64,000 bases of DNA from Bacillota bacterium (lineage in GTDB: Bacteria > Armatimonadota > HRBIN16), in the NCBI GenBank assembly GCA_023511455.1, contig JAIMBJ010000014.1, forward strand, positions 1,949 through 65,948, given 5' to 3'. The notes beneath the pieces were generated by a model. The model was not told the DNA's origin. It searched no databases and saw only the letters and a program-made list of their open reading frames with translations. Shown here in pieces: positions 35,504 through 44,450 of this stretch (position 1 is the stretch's first letter; the number at the start of each line of letters is the position of its first letter). The translations under genes were made by a program, and so were the position numbers.

Positions 35504-36862
35504 TTAACCCTCGGAGGGACCAACAGGACGTCCTTCCCTCACAGCAGCACGCCACCAGACCGGCAGTGACAGCACCGCCGCCAGCATCAGGAAGCTGACC
35601 TCCACCACTCCACCCGAGCCCCAGCGTACGAACCAGTTGCGCTCGTCGGGCGTGAGCAGAACTGGCGGCAGGTACTTCACCCACGTCAGCCCCGTCTGCA
35701 CCCATACCGTCCACAGCCACCAAGTGGATGCCGGTGCCTGTCGGCGATACCAGAGTGCCGAGAGATAAGCCGCAATGAACAGCAACACTACCAACCCCAC
35801 AAAGCCCCAGACAAAGGCAAACAACGCCTTTTCATCGGTGAGATAGCGCACCGTGTCACTGGCGGACGCCAGCGTCACCGCCACGCCCACGCCGAACGGC
35901 GCCCATCCTCTGCCCAGCAGGCTACCCAGCAAGCCAAACACCATCCAGAACGCGGGCAGACTGCCCAGCGTCTCTGCCCACGACAGCCCCATGTCGGTCG
36001 CCAGCACAGGTAGCACCCAAAGCAGCATCGTCAGGTCGTCCAGACGGGGATGCCAGTGAACGATTCGCGGCGGTGCCTCTCGAGACAGTCCCGTCACTTT
36101 CCAGCCGATACTCAGTCCCGCGCCCGCCACGAAGCCGAAGGTCATCTCCATCACCTTCCACCAGTCCAACCACCGATGCACTGCCTCACCGAAGGGTATC
36201 TGGTGCGTGCCCCATGCCTGCAATACCTCTCCGAGACTGAACCCGATTGCACCCGCAAGAACGCCCCACAGCGCCATTGCCACACCCTGGCGGTGCTTTT
36301 TCACTGCGCCCATGTATACCATCAGCCCCAGCAACGCGAACCACAGTCCACCCCACCACTCCACGCGCGGCTTCGCCGAGCGGGGGTCGGAGAAGTAGAT
36401 GGGCGGCAGGGCGTCGGGTGGGTGATGAGGACGGTTGAGCAGGTAGACGCCCACGACGAACAGCCCCAGCAGTCCCAGCAGCAGGAAGACCACCTCGCGT
36501 GGGCGGTAGCGGTCGCTGGCGGCGATGGCGAGAAACGCGCTCGTGATGCCTATCCACACCCCGCCTTTGACGGCAAGTCCCAGTAGCCCCCACCAGTAGG
36601 TCGGGGGAGGATATTGCCCCTGCGCCGGGTTCTGCACCAGCCCGATGGTTTGCCCATAGGTCATCATCCCGCCGAGCGAGCAGGCGAAGGTCGCCACCGC
36701 CGCCAGACGCAGTGCGTCTTTCCCCCTCCAGCCCGACAGCAACGCCAGCGCGAGACCGACCAGCGCGCCCGGTACCATCGCACCCGTCTCCCCACCGAAC
36801 TGCCCGCGAATGCCCCAGCCGAGACACATCGCCAGCGCAGGCAATAGCACCAACTTAACCAT
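35504..36862 (-). CDS. Polytopic membrane protein (about 10 or more TM segments), unknown function
   Basis: AAAGGAGG SD before the ATG at 36862 (MVKLVLLPALAM). The longer ORF-track start would overlap the divergent promoter and gene. Confidence 0.6.
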   Translation of the reverse strand: MVKLVLLPALAMCLGWGIRGQFGGETGAMVPGALVGLALALLSGWRGKDALRLAAVATFACSLGGMMTYGQTIGLVQNPAQGQYPPPTYWWGLLGLAVKGGVWIGITSAFLAIAASDRYRPREVVFLLLGLLGLFVVGVYLLNRPHHPPDALPPIYFSDPRSAKPRVEWWGGLWFALLGLMVYMGAVKKHRQGVAMALWGVLAGAIGFSLGEVLQAWGTHQIPFGEAVHRWLDWWKVMEMTFGFVAGAGLSIGWKVTGLSREAPPRIVHWHPRLDDLTMLLWVLPVLATDMGLSWAETLGSLPAFWMVFGLLGSLLGRGWAPFGVGVAVTLASASDTVRYLTDEKALFAFVWGFVGLVVLLFIAAYLSALWYRRQAPASTWWLWTVWVQTGLTWVKYLPPVLLTPDERNWFVRWGSGGVVEVSFLMLAAVLSLPVWWRAAVREGRPVGPSEG

Positions 36863-36946
36863 CAAACCCGCCTCCTTTCGCGTGGACGCTTCCTTTTCAC
36901 TTCGCGAGCGCAGGAAAAGTTCCTGTGCTCGACGTGAAATACAGCG

Positions 36947-36975
36947 TTGCATCGAATCTGCAACCGTGCTATAAT
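36947..36975 (+). promoter_or_regulatory. Sigma70-type promoter with extended -10
   Basis: TTGCAT (36947-36952), 17-nt spacer, TGcTATAAT (-10 box at 36970-36975). Confidence 0.5.
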
Positions 36976-37000
36976 ATGACATCACGTTGTCTGAAAGGGG

Positions 37001-39499
37001 ATGCGCAGAGTGCCGCGCGCGTCTGTCGTGATGCACCGCCGCGTGCTGAAGAAAATCCGAAACAAGCAACTGCCCACGCGGGAAATCGCCCAATGCCTGG
37101 GTCAGCTGACGGACGGAAATTCGCGTGCGAAAGGGCTTGGGATGAAACGGCTGAAGGGGATTGACCTGCCGGTGTTCGAGGCGCGGGTCAATCGCGACAT
37201 TCGGCTCGTCTTCACCACACAGCCCGCAACGGTGTATCGGGAAAAGGGCGGCAGCGACCAGCCGCGCATGACACTGGTGGTGTGGGACGTCGACCACCAC
37301 GACGATGCCCTGAAACGCGCCCGCCGCATCGATTACGACGCCGTGCAGAAGCTCGACCACCTGTCGCTAACAGCTCTACTCCATGCAGATGCCGTGCAGG
37401 AAGAGGTGCATCTCTCCAAACTGCCAGAATACCCCTGGGTTCCCATCTCCATCGTCCAACAGGAGATCGCGCCCGGCAAGGGCGTGCTGAATCAGTATCG
37501 CCAGCTGCGGTATCGCGGCGAGGAGTGGTGGCTGGATCAGGCGGCGCGGACGGAGGTGGAAAGCCTGCGTGACGCGCACGAATTCTGTGAGGTGGACATC
37601 GAGCGCATCGATGAGGAGCTTGCCCGTATCGCGCAAAGCAGCGAGGATTTCCTGTTGCACCTGCTGCCAGAGCAGATGCAGTTCGTGCGCAAGGAGGGTC
37701 CTCTGCTGCTCAGCGGTACGGTGGGCAGCGGCAAAACCACCATCATGCTTTATCACCTGTACCGTCGCGCGAAAAGCAATCCTGCGGGCAGGTATCTGGT
37801 GGTGACCTACTCGCCCACGTTGACCGGGCTGTGTCGCTTGCTGTTCCAGCAGCTTCCCGGCGGAAGCGAACTTCTGCCTCGGGTGCACATCCTCAGTTAC
37901 GAACAGCTGCTGCGCCGCCGGTTTCCAGACGCACAGCTGGTTTCTTACGCGCAACGGCGTCAGGAGTTTCGGCAGGCATACCGAAACGCCGCGAAACGCT
38001 GGAAACTGCTGGAGACTGTGCCCAAGCCCTTACGGGAGTGGCGCAAAACACACCCCAACTTCTGGGACGAGGAGACCCCGTGGGCGGAGTACTGGGACGC
38101 GGTGAAGGGGCAGCTCAACTGGAACACGCGAGAGCCGCTGGATAGAGACGGGTACGTCTCCGCTGTAGAGCTCCCGGAGCAACAACAGGAGCACGATGCC
38201 ATCTACGAGTCCCTGCAGATGTGGTTCCATTTCGACGGCGAGGATGAACTGGACCTCTCGCGCAAGTGGTGGCGGGAGCGCAACACTATCCTTCCCGAGT
38301 ATGACGGCGTTTATGTGGACGAGGTGCAGGACCTGTGCGAGGTGCAGTGGATGATTCTGCTGCATCTGGTGCGCCATCCGTCTGGACTCTTTCTCACCGG
38401 CGACCCGTTTCAGGCGTTGCGCCCATCGGGGTTCCACTGGAACCGCCTGCGGGCGCGGCTCCGGCAAGCGGCAAACGTTGAGGACGGCTCACTGGGTATC
38501 AACCTGCGCAACAGAGGCCAGATTGCGTGCTTTTTGGAGACGGAGCTGCAGCGATTCAAGAAACTGTACGCACTGGAACACCAGCCCGACTACCATGTGG
38601 ACGCTCTGCTGGAGGGCTTGCCGCCGGTCGGCGTGGAAGCGGCATCTTGCCCGCCAGAACAGGTGGCGAGGTGGCTGGGCGATCAGGGCGCGCTCATCGT
38701 GTGGGACTAGGAAGACGAGCAGGATGACTTCGTGCGGCGATGTGTCAGCGAAGGCGCAAAGGTGGTTTCGGTGCAGGAGGCGAAGGGTCTGGAGTTCGAC
38801 CGCGCGGCGGTGTACGGTATCTACGGTCAGGTGAACTAACAGAAGCGCACCGGCTCTGTGGTGCAACGGCAATGGGCGTATTATCGCCTGTACGTTACGC
38901 TGACGCGGGCGCGGCGGGGACTGTGGATTATCGAGCCGAACAGCCAGTACCTGCCCCCGAACCTTTCCGACGACTGGCAACGCTGGCTGAACAGCTGGGC
39001 AGAATCCGAGACGGTACCGGTGCTGAGCCTGCAGGCGATTGAAGAGAAGCCGGAGCGGCTCGAGGCGGAAGGTGATTACCTGAAGGCATCTCAGCTGTAT
39101 GAGCAGGCAGGCATGACTGCCGATGCTGGGCGGTGCTATGAGAAGGCAGGGGATACGAAGTCAGCTACCCGTTGTCGGGCGAAGCAGGCAGAGCAGGTGG
39201 GGCAACCACTACAAGCCGCACAATACTATGAGCAGGCGACCATGTATAAAGATGCTGGGCGGTGCTATTACCAGGCGTCTAGATATGCGGATGCTGGGCG
39301 GTGTTATGAACAAGCTCGCAATTATCGAAAGGCAGCCGAGTGTTACAAGTTAGCAGGCATGTACGCCGAAGCAGCCCGCTGTGAAGCAATGGCAGCTCCA
39401 CCAACCCCTCCTCCCGGCTCTTCAGGGTGCGTGCTGGTGTTGCTAATGTGCGCCATTGGTTTGGTGTTGTGTTTCATTCTGTATGGATTCACCGTTTAG
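37001..39499 (+). pseudogene. RelE/ParE-like domain, SF1 (UvrD-like) helicase, SNAP/TPR-like repeats and C-terminal TM anchor, interrupted by two in-frame stops
   Basis: Walker A GTVGSGKTT (37712-37741), DEVQD, GDPFQ. TAG at 38708-38710. Then VSVQEAKGLEFD. TAA at 38837-38839. Then YVTLTRARRGLWII in the same frame. C-terminal repeats of AGRCYE-type and a hydrophobic tail. Confidence 0.75.
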
Positions 39500-39515
39500 A
39501 GTGGAAGGCAACCGC

Positions 39516-40001
39516 TCACACCTCCCACACTTTTGGCTCCATCTGTTCGGTGTCGAGGGTGACGAGGGTGCATTTAGCGGTGAGCCAGCCGCCCACCTCG
39601 CCGGGGTTGATGATGAGCGTTTGCCCTTCGCGGCGGATGTCCAGCCGATGCGTGTGCCCGTAGACCAGCAGGTCAAAGGCGTTGCCGGCGGCGATGGGCG
39701 CGACCAGCTCGTCCTGATGCACCATGCCGATGCGCTTGCCGTCCACCTCCGCCGTGGCGATGCGCGGATGCACCTCGCCGATGGCTTCAAACGCCTTCGC
39801 CAGCCCCACCCGCTCGCCGTCGTTATTGCCGAACACCGCCAGCACCCGGCAGGGCGCACCATGCATCGCCCGCACCGCAAACGGCGCGACAAAATCGCCT
39901 GCGTGCAGGATAAGCCCCACTCCCTCCCGCGCAAACAGCTCCATCGCCGCGCGGATTTTGGGCAGGTTGTCGTGGCTGTCCGCCATGATGCCTATCTTCA
40001 T
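39516..40001 (-). CDS. YfcE/MJ0936-family metallophosphoesterase
   Basis: MKIGIMADSHDN, HAGD, GNNDGE and GHTH motifs. Confidence 0.85.
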   Translation of the reverse strand: MKIGIMADSHDNLPKIRAAMELFAREGVGLILHAGDFVAPFAVRAMHGAPCRVLAVFGNNDGERVGLAKAFEAIGEVHPRIATAEVDGKRIGMVHQDELVAPIAAGNAFDLLVYGHTHRLDIRREGQTLIINPGEVGGWLTAKCTLVTLDTEQMEPKVWEV

Positions 40002-41542
40002 AGCACCATCTCCTTGCCAGCCTGTGGAATCACCACTTCACATATACCCGAAAACCGCTCCGAAAAGACAGCGGGTTCCTGTGTATGCACCGGGATGAGT
40101 TTGCGGGGGCGGATGGTCTCCACCACATGTGCCAGCTCCTCTCCCGAAGCGTGCCCGGAGACGTGCAGCGGCACGCTCTCGTCGTCGGCGTTGCCGTGCG
40201 TGGGGTAGCGGATGAGGCCGAACCGTTGCAGCCAGCGGTTCAGGCGGGCGTCGTCGATGCGCTGCTCTTCGGTCATTGGTTCGCTGAAGGATTGTATCCA
40301 CACGCCGTCGTTCACTTTCAGGTAGGGCAGCTCGTTGAGGTCGAAGTAGCCGAAGCACAGCAGGTAGTCCTGCGGCGAGCGGGCGAGCTCCTGCGCGGTG
40401 AGGCACAGGTTGCCGTAGTGCTGGTGCAGAGTTTTTTCCCATGCCTCGGAGGGCGGTTTGCCCACGCCCTGATACAGCCTCAGCGAGCCGTCCTCCAGAG
40501 GCATCTCGCGCCCGCTGATTCGCCACACATGGAGCAGGTACAGGCCTTTTGGGTTTACCACCAGCTGCCTGCCGCTGTCGCGGGCGCACTGCCACACGCG
40601 CAGCAGCCGTTCCAGATGGGTCATGGAGAAGTTCGCCACCACCAGACGGTCAGAGTGCTGCGACAGCAGCTCAGCAAGGCGCGCCTGCACATCGTCTTCC
40701 GTGTAGCCCGAGCCCGTTCGGCTGATGCGTGTGCCCTCTATCAGCAACGCCACAGGCTGCAGTTTCGCCGCCTCCTGCAGGAACTGTTCGGTGAGGTGGC
40801 GTCGCTCGCCTCGGAAGCGCAGGTCGCCGGTGTATACCACCCAACCCGCGTCGGTTTCGACCGCCCACGCCCCCGCGCCGGGGATGGAGTGGTCTACGGG
40901 AAAGAATCGCACGCGATGCCCGTTCACAGTCCCGCCCAGAGTCCACAATGGCAACACCTCGCATTTCTCCTGACGTCCTTCGGGCAACTGCGTCCAGAAA
41001 TCTTGCGCCCCCTCCGGTTCATTATCCACCGTGTATACCGACCGGAAAGTGGCGATGGGGGTCTCCTTGCGGTTCCATGCCAGCGTCTGGAACTCCCCGT
41101 TTTTCTGCTCGAAGCGACGCACAAGGATGGTGCCGCTGTCCTCTTTGCCCATATCCTGCAGGGCACGCAACAGCAACGCACTTTCGGCGGAGCAAATCAG
41201 GGGGATGTCCCCGCGCAGGTATTGCAGGTCGCCCGCATGGTCGAGATGAGCGTGGGAGAGCAGTACCCCATCCACCTGCTCCAGCTGGGCCTGCCACTCG
41301 TCGAAGCGATAATCCTCCAGAAAGCGTTCGTGGTAGATGCCGCGCACTGGCGGCAGCAAGCCCATCACGAACAGCTCGTACAGCCCACGCGATTTCTGTG
41401 GCTTGATGAACTCCTCGTAGTATTCCATCAGGCGGCTGAGGTTCTGCCCGAAGTCCAGCCACAGCGTCAGGTCGCGGTCTTGTAGCAGGATTTTATTGCC
41501 CCCCACGCAGTCCGCGCCGTCCCAGACGGTGATGCAGGTCAT
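39998..41542 (-). CDS. Metallo-beta-lactamase fold / beta-CASP RNA-metabolising hydrolase (RNase J-like)
   Basis: LLSHAHLDHAGD and C-terminal HVSGHASGEEL...LIPVHT. ATGA overlap with the downstream phosphoesterase. Confidence 0.8.
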   Translation of the reverse strand: MTCITVWDGADCVGGNKILLQDRDLTLWLDFGQNLSRLMEYYEEFIKPQKSRGLYELFVMGLLPPVRGIYHERFLEDYRFDEWQAQLEQVDGVLLSHAHLDHAGDLQYLRGDIPLICSAESALLLRALQDMGKEDSGTILVRRFEQKNGEFQTLAWNRKETPIATFRSVYTVDNEPEGAQDFWTQLPEGRQEKCEVLPLWTLGGTVNGHRVRFFPVDHSIPGAGAWAVETDAGWVVYTGDLRFRGERRHLTEQFLQEAAKLQPVALLIEGTRISRTGSGYTEDDVQARLAELLSQHSDRLVVANFSMTHLERLLRVWQCARDSGRQLVVNPKGLYLLHVWRISGREMPLEDGSLRLYQGVGKPPSEAWEKTLHQHYGNLCLTAQELARSPQDYLLCFGYFDLNELPYLKVNDGVWIQSFSEPMTEEQRIDDARLNRWLQRFGLIRYPTHGNADDESVPLHVSGHASGEELAHVVETIRPRKLIPVHTQEPAVFSERFSGICEVVIPQAGKEMVL

Positions 41543-41680
41543 TGTGTCACCCTCGCGACACCATTTCAGATTTGGCTCTGTTTTCGCACCCAAGCCCCAC
41601 GTCTCCTGCTGAGGGTCTTGCGTTTTATTTTTGACTAAGTATATAATCTTAGTAAACAATCAGTAAGGAGGTGGACTACC

Positions 41681-42568
41681 ATGTCTGCAGGTATCACCCA
41701 TCCAGATGTGCTGGTCAGCACCGACTGGGTGGCGCAGCATCTGGGTGACGAGAGCATTCGCCTCGTGGAAGTGGACGTCGACACCAGTGCCTACGATTCG
41801 GGACACATCCCGGGCGCCATCGGCTTCAACTGGCAGACCCAGCTGCAGCATCGCGTACGTCGTGACATTATCACACGCGAGGAGTTTGAGCAGCTGCTGA
41901 GCGAGTCAGGTATCGGTAACGACCATACGGTCGTCCTATATGGGGACAACAACAACTGGTTCGCCGCGTATGCCTTCTGGCTGTTCAGTATCTACGGACA
42001 CGAGAAGCTCTATCTGATGGATGGGGGACGCAAGAAGTGGGTGGCGGAGGGACGCCCGCTAACCACTGAAGTGCCCCACTATCCCCGTACCCAGTATCAC
42101 GCGAAGGAGCCGAACGTGGCTCTCCGAGCATATAGCGCACAGGTCATGCAGGCAATCAACAACCCGCAGGTAGCCTTAGTCGACGTGCGCTCACCGCAGG
42201 AGTTCACCGGGGAGGTTATCGCACCACCTGGCATGACCGAGACGGCACAACGCGGCGGTCACATTCCGGGCGCCGTGAACATCCCATGGGCGCAGGCAGT
42301 TAACGAAGACGGCACCTTCAAGAGCGTCGATGAGCTGCGCGCGCTGTATACCAGCAAAGGCGTCACGCCCGACAAGGAAGTCATTGCCTACTGCCGTATC
42401 GGGGAGCGGTCATCGCACACGTGGTTTGTGTTACGACACCTGCTCGGCTATCCGCACGTGCGCAATTACGACGGCAGCTGGACGGAATGGGGCAACCTCG
42501 TCGGGGCACCCATTGAACGCGAACAGCCTGCGTCACAAACGCTGGCGGACCCACCGTGTCCGGCGTGA
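41681..42568 (+). CDS. Two-domain rhodanese sulfurtransferase (thiosulfate / 3-mercaptopyruvate type)
   Basis: GHIPGA occurs twice. Active-site loop YCRIGERSSHTWF. Confidence 0.9.
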   Translation: MSAGITHPDVLVSTDWVAQHLGDESIRLVEVDVDTSAYDSGHIPGAIGFNWQTQLQHRVRRDIITREEFEQLLSESGIGNDHTVVLYGDNNNWFAAYAFWLFSIYGHEKLYLMDGGRKKWVAEGRPLTTEVPHYPRTQYHAKEPNVALRAYSAQVMQAINNPQVALVDVRSPQEFTGEVIAPPGMTETAQRGGHIPGAVNIPWAQAVNEDGTFKSVDELRALYTSKGVTPDKEVIAYCRIGERSSHTWFVLRHLLGYPHVRNYDGSWTEWGNLVGAPIEREQPASQTLADPPCPA

Positions 42569-43369
42569 GGACGTCCTGTGCGTCACCACCAGCAGCGCCG
42601 CGCCTGCCAGTAACGTCATCGCCGAAGCGGGTTCAGGTATAGGCACGGGCGGGTTGACCGATACGTCACCTCCCTGCGAAAGCCCCAGCCCTGCCACGAT
42701 GAACAGGGGTAGCAGGGGAAACGCTCTCGGTCGCCCGATGAGAGGCTCCAGCGCAGGCTCGCTCTGCGCAGCCAGAGGTTCCGCCTGCCACACCGACAGG
42801 CTGATTGGCACCAGCGGAGGAGGGTCTGGAGGGCTCGGCAGATCAAGAAGAGTGGTTGGCGCGGCAGGTTCCAGTAGAGGTGGCTCACGCGGCGGCGCGA
42901 CCGGGGGAGTGATGACCCTGGGCGGCACGACGGTCACCCTGCGCGGCGGAGGATAGCCGGGCAGTACCGATGTCAGGGGGTTGCCGCATGTGCCCAGCAG
43001 CACTGGTTGCCCGGACCGCAGATGCAGGAATACCCGCGTGCCCTTCGGTAGATAACGCGCCCGGCTTTCGACGTCGCCGTCGGCTCGGATGAAGAAAACG
43101 CGGAACACGCCGCCACGGGGTAGCCTGCGCAATCCGAGGTGAGTCTGTGCATACTGCGCAAACTCTGGAGCAGGTACCCCAAAATGCCGGGCATACCGGC
43201 TGGCAACCACCGGGTTCGCCCTGACCTGATTTGCCAGCTGTGCGGCACTGGTGGCAGGTTGAACCAGGAACGAACCTCGAGGCATCCGGGCAGCTTGCGC
43301 TTCGCTGGAGACAAGCAGCGTTGCCGTTAGCCATATTAGCCACAGGAGAATCGTAATCCACAGCCTCAT
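42533..43369 (-). CDS. PEP-CTERM protein with unassigned conserved N-terminal domain (paralog 2)
   Basis: Signal peptide, MPRGSFLVQP...CGNP domain, P-rich linker, C-terminal PIPEPASAMTLLAGAALLVV..RR. Confidence 0.7.
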   Translation of the reverse strand: MRLWITILLWLIWLTATLLVSSEAQAARMPRGSFLVQPATSAAQLANQVRANPVVASRYARHFGVPAPEFAQYAQTHLGLRRLPRGGVFRVFFIRADGDVESRARYLPKGTRVFLHLRSGQPVLLGTCGNPLTSVLPGYPPPRRVTVVPPRVITPPVAPPREPPLLEPAAPTTLLDLPSPPDPPPLVPISLSVWQAEPLAAQSEPALEPLIGRPRAFPLLPLFIVAGLGLSQGGDVSVNPPVPIPEPASAMTLLAGAALLVVTHRTSSRRTRWVRQRL

Positions 43370-43428
43370 TTTGCACCGAGCATCCCTCTGCACCAGTTTA
43401 CCATCAGAAGCCGGTTCTCGCAAGATGT

Positions 43429-44256
43429 CTATGGCTTCCCCCTGCTCCTCCCTTTTGCGAAAAGCATTCCTGCACCTGCCACTGCCCACAACACGAAAGA
43501 AGCAGGCTCAGGCACTGCAGGAGGTGGTGGTGAACCTCCACGCCCTGAGGCAGATCCCCCCAGCGAGAACAGTCCGCTTGCGCCCACCATCAACATCGGC
43601 GTCAGTGAGGCAGGAGGTGCAAAAGCTGTCACCGCGCCCTGTGGCAGAGTGAACTCGGGCGCAGATAGCATGGCATCCGCTGCCCACAAAGGCAGGTCTA
43701 CGTCTTGAATCTGCGATAGTAACTGCGCCTCGGTTGTGTCTGGCATAAGCGACGCCACCGGTGGCGGCAAAGGATTTTCGTGCACTGGCTCGGCTGGCAC
43801 AGGGTCAGCCGTTTCTGGTACGGCTCGGTTCCTGGTCTGCGATGGCGGTGCAGTATACCCCGGCAGGTTAGTGCCCATGGGGTTACCGCACTCCGCCAGC
43901 AACACCGGTTTGCCCGTGCGCACGTGCATGAAAACCGCCGTGCCTTTGCGCAGTTTGCGCACGCTGCTTCCGATGGTGCCATCGGTTTTGATAAAGTACA
44001 CTCTGTAGCTGCCGCCGCTCTTCAGCCGCTGAAATCTCAGCCGGCTTTGTGCATAGTCCGCGAATCGCGAAGCGGAAACCCGGTAGTGTCTCTCATAGCG
44101 CGCAGCGACCACAGGATTCGTTCTCACCTGTTGGGCAAGTTGCCATGTGCTTTGCACGGGTCGCGTCAGGAAAGAACCGCGTGGCATGGGCGCGCTCCAT
44201 GTCGGCACAGCGTAAAGCAAGAGAAGCCCAACGGCGAACAGGACGCGGATGTTCAT
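43429..44256 (-). CDS. PEP-CTERM protein with unassigned conserved N-terminal domain (paralog 1)
   Basis: Signal peptide, MPRGSFLTRP...CGNP domain, C-terminal VPEPASFVLWAVAGAGMLFAKGRSRGK. Confidence 0.7.
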   Translation of the reverse strand: MNIRVLFAVGLLLLYAVPTWSAPMPRGSFLTRPVQSTWQLAQQVRTNPVVAARYERHYRVSASRFADYAQSRLRFQRLKSGGSYRVYFIKTDGTIGSSVRKLRKGTAVFMHVRTGKPVLLAECGNPMGTNLPGYTAPPSQTRNRAVPETADPVPAEPVHENPLPPPVASLMPDTTEAQLLSQIQDVDLPLWAADAMLSAPEFTLPQGAVTAFAPPASLTPMLMVGASGLFSLGGSASGRGGSPPPPAVPEPASFVLWAVAGAGMLFAKGRSRGKP

Positions 44257-44380
44257 GCACACTCACTCCCTTTAAAGTAACTTCACTGAGATTAGACAGC
44301 AAGTCCCGCGCCGTAGGATGAGTATTCAGCCAGTATCATTACTGGTTTTTCCTAAAGAATGGCAGAAACAACAGGTTGAA

Positions 44381-44425
44381 AGAGGAAAACAGAAGGGAAC
44401 CCGATGGGGGTACGGTCGGATTCCC
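44381..44425 (-). terminator. Probable intrinsic terminator after the sigma gene
   Basis: 10-bp stem with one mismatch (44395-44404 / 44416-44425), then a U-rich tract on the minus strand. Confidence 0.5.
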
Positions 44426-44450
44426 TCTGGCTAGATGGGGGAAAAGGTGG

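Noticed and set aside
38708-38839. The in-frame TAG and TAA in the helicase gene could be recoding (pyrrolysine, selenocysteine or an alternative genetic code).
   Set aside because: TAG and TAA act as ordinary terminators elsewhere in the window, for example TAG at 6111-6113 and TAA at 31874-31876. TAA has no known recoding of this kind in bacteria. No pyl or sel genes or SECIS-like context were seen.
41620-41680. A possible promoter (TTGACT / TATAAT-like) lies in the AT-rich divergent region before the rhodanese gene.
   Set aside because: The best -35 and -10 hexamers are only about 5 nt apart. Alternative pairings need poor hexamers, so I cannot place a promoter with confidence.
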